Origin: Octopus vulgaris | Taxonomy: Eukaryota | Length of the DNA: 64,000 bases | Assembly (NCBI GenBank): GCA_951406725.2 | Contig: OX597821.1 | Coordinates: forward strand, 13,764,001 to 13,828,000 | Direction: 5' to 3' | Part shown: positions 58,169 to 64,000 of the stretch, one piece after another | Numbering within the stretch: position 1 is the stretch's first letter | Layout: each line of letters begins with the position of its first letter | The notes under the pieces: generated by a model | What the model was told of the DNA's origin: nothing | Seen by the model: only the letters and a program-made list of their open reading frames with translations | Database searches by the model: none | Made by a program: the position numbers and the translations under genes

Positions 58169-58197
58169 TGTTATATATATTTTGTTTTTCTTTGCAG

Positions 58198-58290
58198 TAT
58201 GAATTCAAAGCTAAAGCAATCAAAAAGAAAAAAGTCAGCATAACTGTTTCGGTAGACGGCGTCAAAGTCATATTGAGAAAAAAGAAAAAG
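58198..58290 (+). CDS. NOS1AP: Next coding exon of the CAPON/NOS1AP-like gene ([31 protein letters not shown])
   Basis: tttgtttttctttgcAG acceptor and GTATTT donor at 58291. The exon is 93 nt, phase 0/0, and continues the 4116-4187 peptide (…RRIR|YEFKAK…) as in NOS1AP. Confidence 0.93.
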
Positions 58291-58610
58291 GTATTTCTTT
58301 CACCTGTTTTTTTTATTATAACATACGGTTGTGTTCATGATTTGGCAATCATGATAGTTTTATTGATTTCGTGAAAATCAGTGAAGTTGACAAAATCTAT
58401 GAATTTTTGCTGTTGTTGTTGTTGTTGTTGTTCTTGTTCTTGTTGCGGCGGTGGTGGTGGTGTGTGTGGTGGTTGGTTTTTGCATGTTGGCTTGTTGAAA
58501 GACAGGTTGGTAGGTCTTGATATATAATTTGTAAATAAGTATTGTATGCGTGTATGTGTCTGTGTATGTTTGTTATATAAGTATTTCGAAATATACGAAT
58601 AGATATATAT

Positions 58611-59005
58611 ACTCTTTACTCTTTTACTTGTTTCAGTCATTTGACTGCGGCCATGCTGGAGCACCGCCTTTAGTCGAGCAAATCGACCCCGGGACTTATT
58701 CTTTGTAAGCCCAGTACTTATTCTATCGGTCTCTTTTGACGACCCGCTAAGTGACGGGGACGTAAACACACCAGCATCGGTTGTCAAGCAATGCGAGGGG
58801 GACAAACACACACACACACACACATATATATATACATATATACAACAGGCTTCTTTCAGTATCTGTCTACCAAATCCACTCACAAGGCATTGGTCGGCCC
58901 GGGGCTATAGCAGAAGACACTTGCCCAAGATGCCACGCAGTGGGACTGAACCCGGAACTATGTGGTTGGTTAGCAAGCTACTTACAACACAGCCACTCCT
59001 GCGCC
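58611..59005 (-). mobile_element. SINE family B with 46-nt flanking duplication
   Basis: Reverse complement of the 40669-type SINE. 58565-58610 is identical to 59006-59051. Confidence 0.85.
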
Positions 59006-59966
59006 TATGTTTGTTATATAAGTATTTCGAAATATACGAATAGATATATATGTATATATTTATACACAGATATACATGTACTGAAATATACGCGCGAGTA
59101 TACATGTTGTGATTTAGGCACAAGGCTAGTAGTTTCGCACGAGGGAGATTTGTCGGCGTCATCAACTCCATTGCTTGACTGTAATTTTGCTTCATCGACC
59201 CTGGAGGTACAATAGACTAATTTGACTTCGGCGCTATTTGAACTGAGAACATAATGAGCTTGAACAAATACAGCAAAGCACTTTTCCGACGTTCTAACTG
59301 TTGCGCAAGCTCGCTGCCTGAATGATAAAAATCCTTCCTAATTTCAGCCGAAGGTCTGTTCCATCAGCTCTAACTGGGTTCAAAGCTCCAGTCTTGCCAC
59401 ACCGATTTTGCTTGAGAATTTAGTTGAACGTACGCGTGTTTATGTCTAGTGTACTCGTTCACATTTGCTAATTCAAGGAGGAAGTCGTCCAGTTGATTGA
59501 ACAAGAGGACGATCTTACGTCGAAATCACCGAGAGCCCACTCTGTTGCTTTATCCACTGTAGACTAAGATAAAGAGAAACATTCAAAGCATCCGCTTATA
59601 ATCAAAATATATTGTCTTGCTCAAAGATACAACGTTCTGACCTGGAAGTGAACCTGCAATGTAAGGATAACAGAACGCCCTAACGATTATATCGCATACT
59701 TTCACTGTTTCTCTTTACATGTTATTTAATTACAGTAAATAATAGTAAGAAACATAATCGAGTTTATTTATAACTAGAGTAACATGGAAAAACATAAAAG
59801 AACTTAGCTAAAAAGCAGCCGAGTAAAATGGGATCTGGAAAAAAATCTGGGTTTGTTTTCAACACCCAAAATAAAATGTATGTGTTCGTTTCTAAATATA
59901 TGTATGTGTGTGTATACGTCCACATGTATGTATGTATGCATGTATATACATACATACATACATACA

Positions 59967-59997
<31 letters not shown>

Positions 59998-60105
59998 GTT
60001 TGTGTGTGTGCGTGTGTATATATATATATATATATATATGAAAAAGATCTCTAGCGTTATTTTCAAAACCCCAAAATAACAATGTGTGTGTGTGTGTGTG
60101 TGAGT

Positions 60106-60166
<61 letters not shown>

Positions 60167-60519
60167 TGTGTGTTTGTGTATATGTCTGCTTATGTGCCTC
60201 TCTGTCTGTATGTGTGTGTTCCGATGGATTTCATTCTGAAAGAGGGAAGAGAATGTCGGATTTTCACGTAGTTGTTACTATGTGGAAAATGTGAGTCGAT
60301 GCCAAAATATGATAAAAACAAAACAAATGAATGAATAAATAAATATAAGCAGAGCAAAGTAGAACGTAAACAAGTGTAAAAAGAAGCTGTTCTTTGAAAT
60401 GTCTTAGAATATGAATGCTGGTCGGAGAATATGGTACCTTATTTTGTTTTCGTCAAAGAGCTACTATTTTAAGATTGTAGAAATGCCAAATTCGAATAGA
60501 AAACCTGCCAAATGCATAT

Positions 60520-60567
<48 letters not shown>

Positions 60568-61014
60568 GCACACACTCACACACACAAACAGATATTCGCA
60601 CACGCACTATATTCTACACACACACACACGTCTTGTAGAATCATATTGATTTCAAATATATTGAGTTTATGTAAGCATATGCACAAAAGATATTGTATCG
60701 TGGTAAAGTGATTTTCACCACTTATACATAAACACTATCAAATTTCCTTTGCAAAGGTAACTTATAAAAGCCATATACTAACGTGATTCACTAAATAAAT
60801 TATCATTACGATCTACTACTACCTACCTACAACAATTAATGTAATCATATTCTTTTTTATTCCACTACATTATTTTATTTCCTTCTTTAAAATGTTCTTT
60901 CTTATATACAGCTCCTGTTGCAGATGTTATATTTGTTGTTATAACCACCAGTGCTTCGATTTTATTTCAATAATCGGTTTAAGCCAGGAATAGCCAACGA
61001 TATAATGTGTATAT

Positions 61015-61245
61015 GGCGGCGAGCTGGCAGAAACGTTAGCACGCCAGGCGAAATGCGTAGCCGTATTTCGTCTGTCGTTACGTTGTGAGTTCAAATTCCG
61101 CCGAGGTCGACTTTGCCTTTCATCCTTTCGGGGTCGATAAATTAAATACCAGTTATGCACTGGGGTCGATGTAATCGACTTAATACCTATGTCTGTCCCT
61201 GTTTGTCTTCTCTGTGTTTAGCCCCTTGTGGGTAATAAAGAAATA
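61015..61245 (+). mobile_element. SINE family C
   Basis: Full copy flanked by the direct repeat gatataatgtgtat. Confidence 0.8.
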
Positions 61246-61364
61246 GATATAATGTGTATTTGAATATACATTATTGTTTTACTCTGTATTTTTGCTTAAT
61301 GCGATGGACTCGTACCGTAACATTGCTTGGGAGCTCATTCATCAAAGAGTCACTTCTTATGATA

Positions 61365-61776
61365 CACAGGAGTGGCTGTGTGGTAAGTAGCTTGCTAACC
61401 AACCACATGGTTCCGGGTTCAGTCCCACTGCGTGGCATCTTGGGCAAGTGTCTTCTGCTATAGCCCCGGGCCGACCAATGCCTTGTGAGTGGATTTGGTA
61501 GACGGAAAATGAAAGAAGCCTGTCGTATATATGTATATATATGTATGTGTGTGTTTGTGTGTCTGTGTTTGTCCCCCTAGCATTGCTTGACAACCGATGC
61601 TGGTGTGTTTACGTCCCCGTCACATAGCGGTTCGGCAAAAGAGACTGATAGAATAAGTACTGGGCTTACAAAGAATAAGTCCCGGGGGCGATTTGCTCGA
61701 CTAAAGGTGGTGTTCCAGCATGGCCGCAGTCAAATGACTGAAACAAGTAAAAGAGTAAGAGTAAAAGAGTAAAGAG
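61365..61776 (+). mobile_element. SINE family B
   Basis: Near-identical to 40669-41075, with a (aagagta)n tail. Confidence 0.85.
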
Positions 61777-62200
61777 TATATACACATACGCGCGCGCGAA
61801 CACACATATATACACACACAAGCACATACACACACGCATGCATGTATAAATGTATGTATGTATATGTATTCGTATCATATATCCATATATATCTGTATAG
61901 TTTGGTATATGTATAAATATACCTATATAAGTATGTGTATATATGTTTATATATGTATGTTTATATGCTTTTATACAACATATGTATCTACATTATATGT
62001 GTGAGTAAATATGTATGTATGTGTGTATGTATATATATATATATGTATATATAAGTTATGTATATTTTGGGATATGTATAAATATACCTATATAAGTATG
62101 TGCATTTATGTTGATATATGTATGTTTATATGCTTGTATACAACATATGTATATATATATATGCATGAGTAAATACATGTGCATATATATATATATATAT

Positions 62201-62248
<48 letters not shown>

Positions 62249-62306
62249 AGATATATAATATGTGTGTGTATGACTATATGAATATATGCGTGTGTTCGTG
62301 TGTGTA

Positions 62307-62374
<68 letters not shown>

Positions 62375-62528
62375 CGAATATGAACAAGAAGGGTAGTAAT
62401 ATTATTTACTACCAGGTGCCCAGCGGTTCGAGTTAAAGTTATCGGTAAACGTTTTTGTTTTTCACTCTCGATAAATTCATCCCCTTTTTGTGTTCCCAGC
62501 ACTCGGCATCTTAATTTAGGAGCCCTTA

Positions 62529-62586
<58 letters not shown>

Positions 62587-62587
62587 T

Positions 62588-62620
<33 letters not shown>

Positions 62621-63219
62621 TATATACATATATATATATACATATATACATACATATATATATATATACATATATACATATATATATACATATATACATA
62701 CATATATATATATATATATATCTGTGTGTATGTATGTATGTATGTATGTATGTATGTATGTATGTATGTATGTATGTATGTATGCATGTGTGTGTGTGTG
62801 TGTGTATGTACATTATCTACATGGCCTTGCCAGCGAGAGTATGAGAAACGAGATGATTTAGGGCTAATAAATATAACAGCCAACAGAAGGAAAATATAAC
62901 GACGCGTTGTGCTTGGAAGATATTCATGACGCGGGAAAACTGCCAAATAACGAAAATGGGACATTCTTGTCATTATCGCTCTGGAAGCTAGAGAAGACAT
63001 TTCATTTCTTTGTAAACGTTACAGCACACAGCCAAGGCTCAACTTCACATTCAAATCAAAATTATAAATATATTAATATATTATATTAATTGAAATTTAG
63101 ATAATACTTCCATAAATCGATAAACGCTTTAGAACATAGGTATTTTGTCATTTAGCTCAGGGTTTCCAGGTATATAGAATCGAAAACTGAGAGACTAAGA
63201 TATAAACACAATATATATA

Positions 63220-63450
63220 ACTGCAGAATGGGGCACCACTGCATAGTGCCAAAGATCCCAGCATCGCCATGAGAACACAGGACCAGATACTGCAACAGCT
63301 TGGGCTTCAGATACCCACAGCTCTTCAATATCCTGCCAAAATGTCTGAAAGACCTGCATGGTGTGGATGTAAGTGACTTTAAAATAAAACTGGATCTCTT
63401 CTTCTCAAGGATTCCAGACGAGCCTACCTCACGGCAGGAAACACACATAT
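63220..63450 (+). mobile_element. 3' fragment of a CR1/L2-group LINE ORF2
   Basis: The + frame reads …NSLGFRYPQLFNILPKCLKDLHGVDVSDFKIKLDLFFSRIPDEP, the LxNxLP…FKxxLD C-terminal signature. An in-frame stop lies upstream. Confidence 0.65.
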
Positions 63451-63540
63451 AGCAGGTTTCAGATATTGGTGTAGCTGAGTCAACGGTGGTGCCTCAGCAT
63501 GGCAGCAGCTTTGAAGCTGAAACATTTTTAAAGATTTAAA

Positions 63541-63581
<41 letters not shown>

Positions 63582-64000
63582 GTGCGTATATCTTGTTTGT
63601 ACAGATGTACTCCGCTTAGATTATCATTACCCATGCAGCTTCCAGTAAGAGCATATGTAGTGGAAAATTACGAAAAATATAATTAGTTCCTACATACGTT
63701 TTGCCAATACAGTTATTTGGAACTTATCATTGGATGTTTCAAATGCCTAACTGAAATGGATTATCTGTGAGATACTTTATTGCATTTGGTTCTAGAGATA
63801 AAATATCATATCATATCATAGCTGGATACATATACATATCTACATACGTGTATGTGTGTATGTGTGTGTGTGTGTGCGTGTGCAAATATGTGGATATGTA
63901 TACATACATGTATACATAGTTATATAGGCACATCATACACATATATACTCATACACATGGAGTGCAATGGAAGCACTCCGTCGGTTACGACGACGAGGGT

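Overview
Eukaryotic, AT-rich, microsatellite- and SINE-saturated DNA. The repeat landscape suggests a coleoid cephalopod (Octopus-like); this is inference. The only recognisable host gene is a CAPON/NOS1AP-like PTB-domain adaptor on the + strand, with two short GT-AG coding exons (4116-4187 and 58198-58290) separated by a ~54 kb intron. Nearly all long ORFs in the supplied track are simple-repeat artefacts. The intron holds tRNA-derived SINEs, two complete non-autonomous Helitrons, Tc1/mariner remnants and LINE fragments. The most striking signal is a set of at least six sequence-unrelated fold-back (inverted-repeat) elements, each abutting (TA)n tracts. Five carry complete minimal type-I hammerhead-ribozyme motifs (CUGANGA-like core, stem II, GAAA, palindromic stem III, NUH) reading outward from the fold-back centre, and the sixth carries hammerhead 3' halves. 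Several solo hammerheads and one within a direct repeat also occur. Core variants include a G3:C8 compensatory core, U4C cores and a greatly extended stem II. The set most resembles Penelope-like retroelement pseudo-LTRs or retrozyme-like units. All structures were parsed by eye; no folding, alignment or database search was run.
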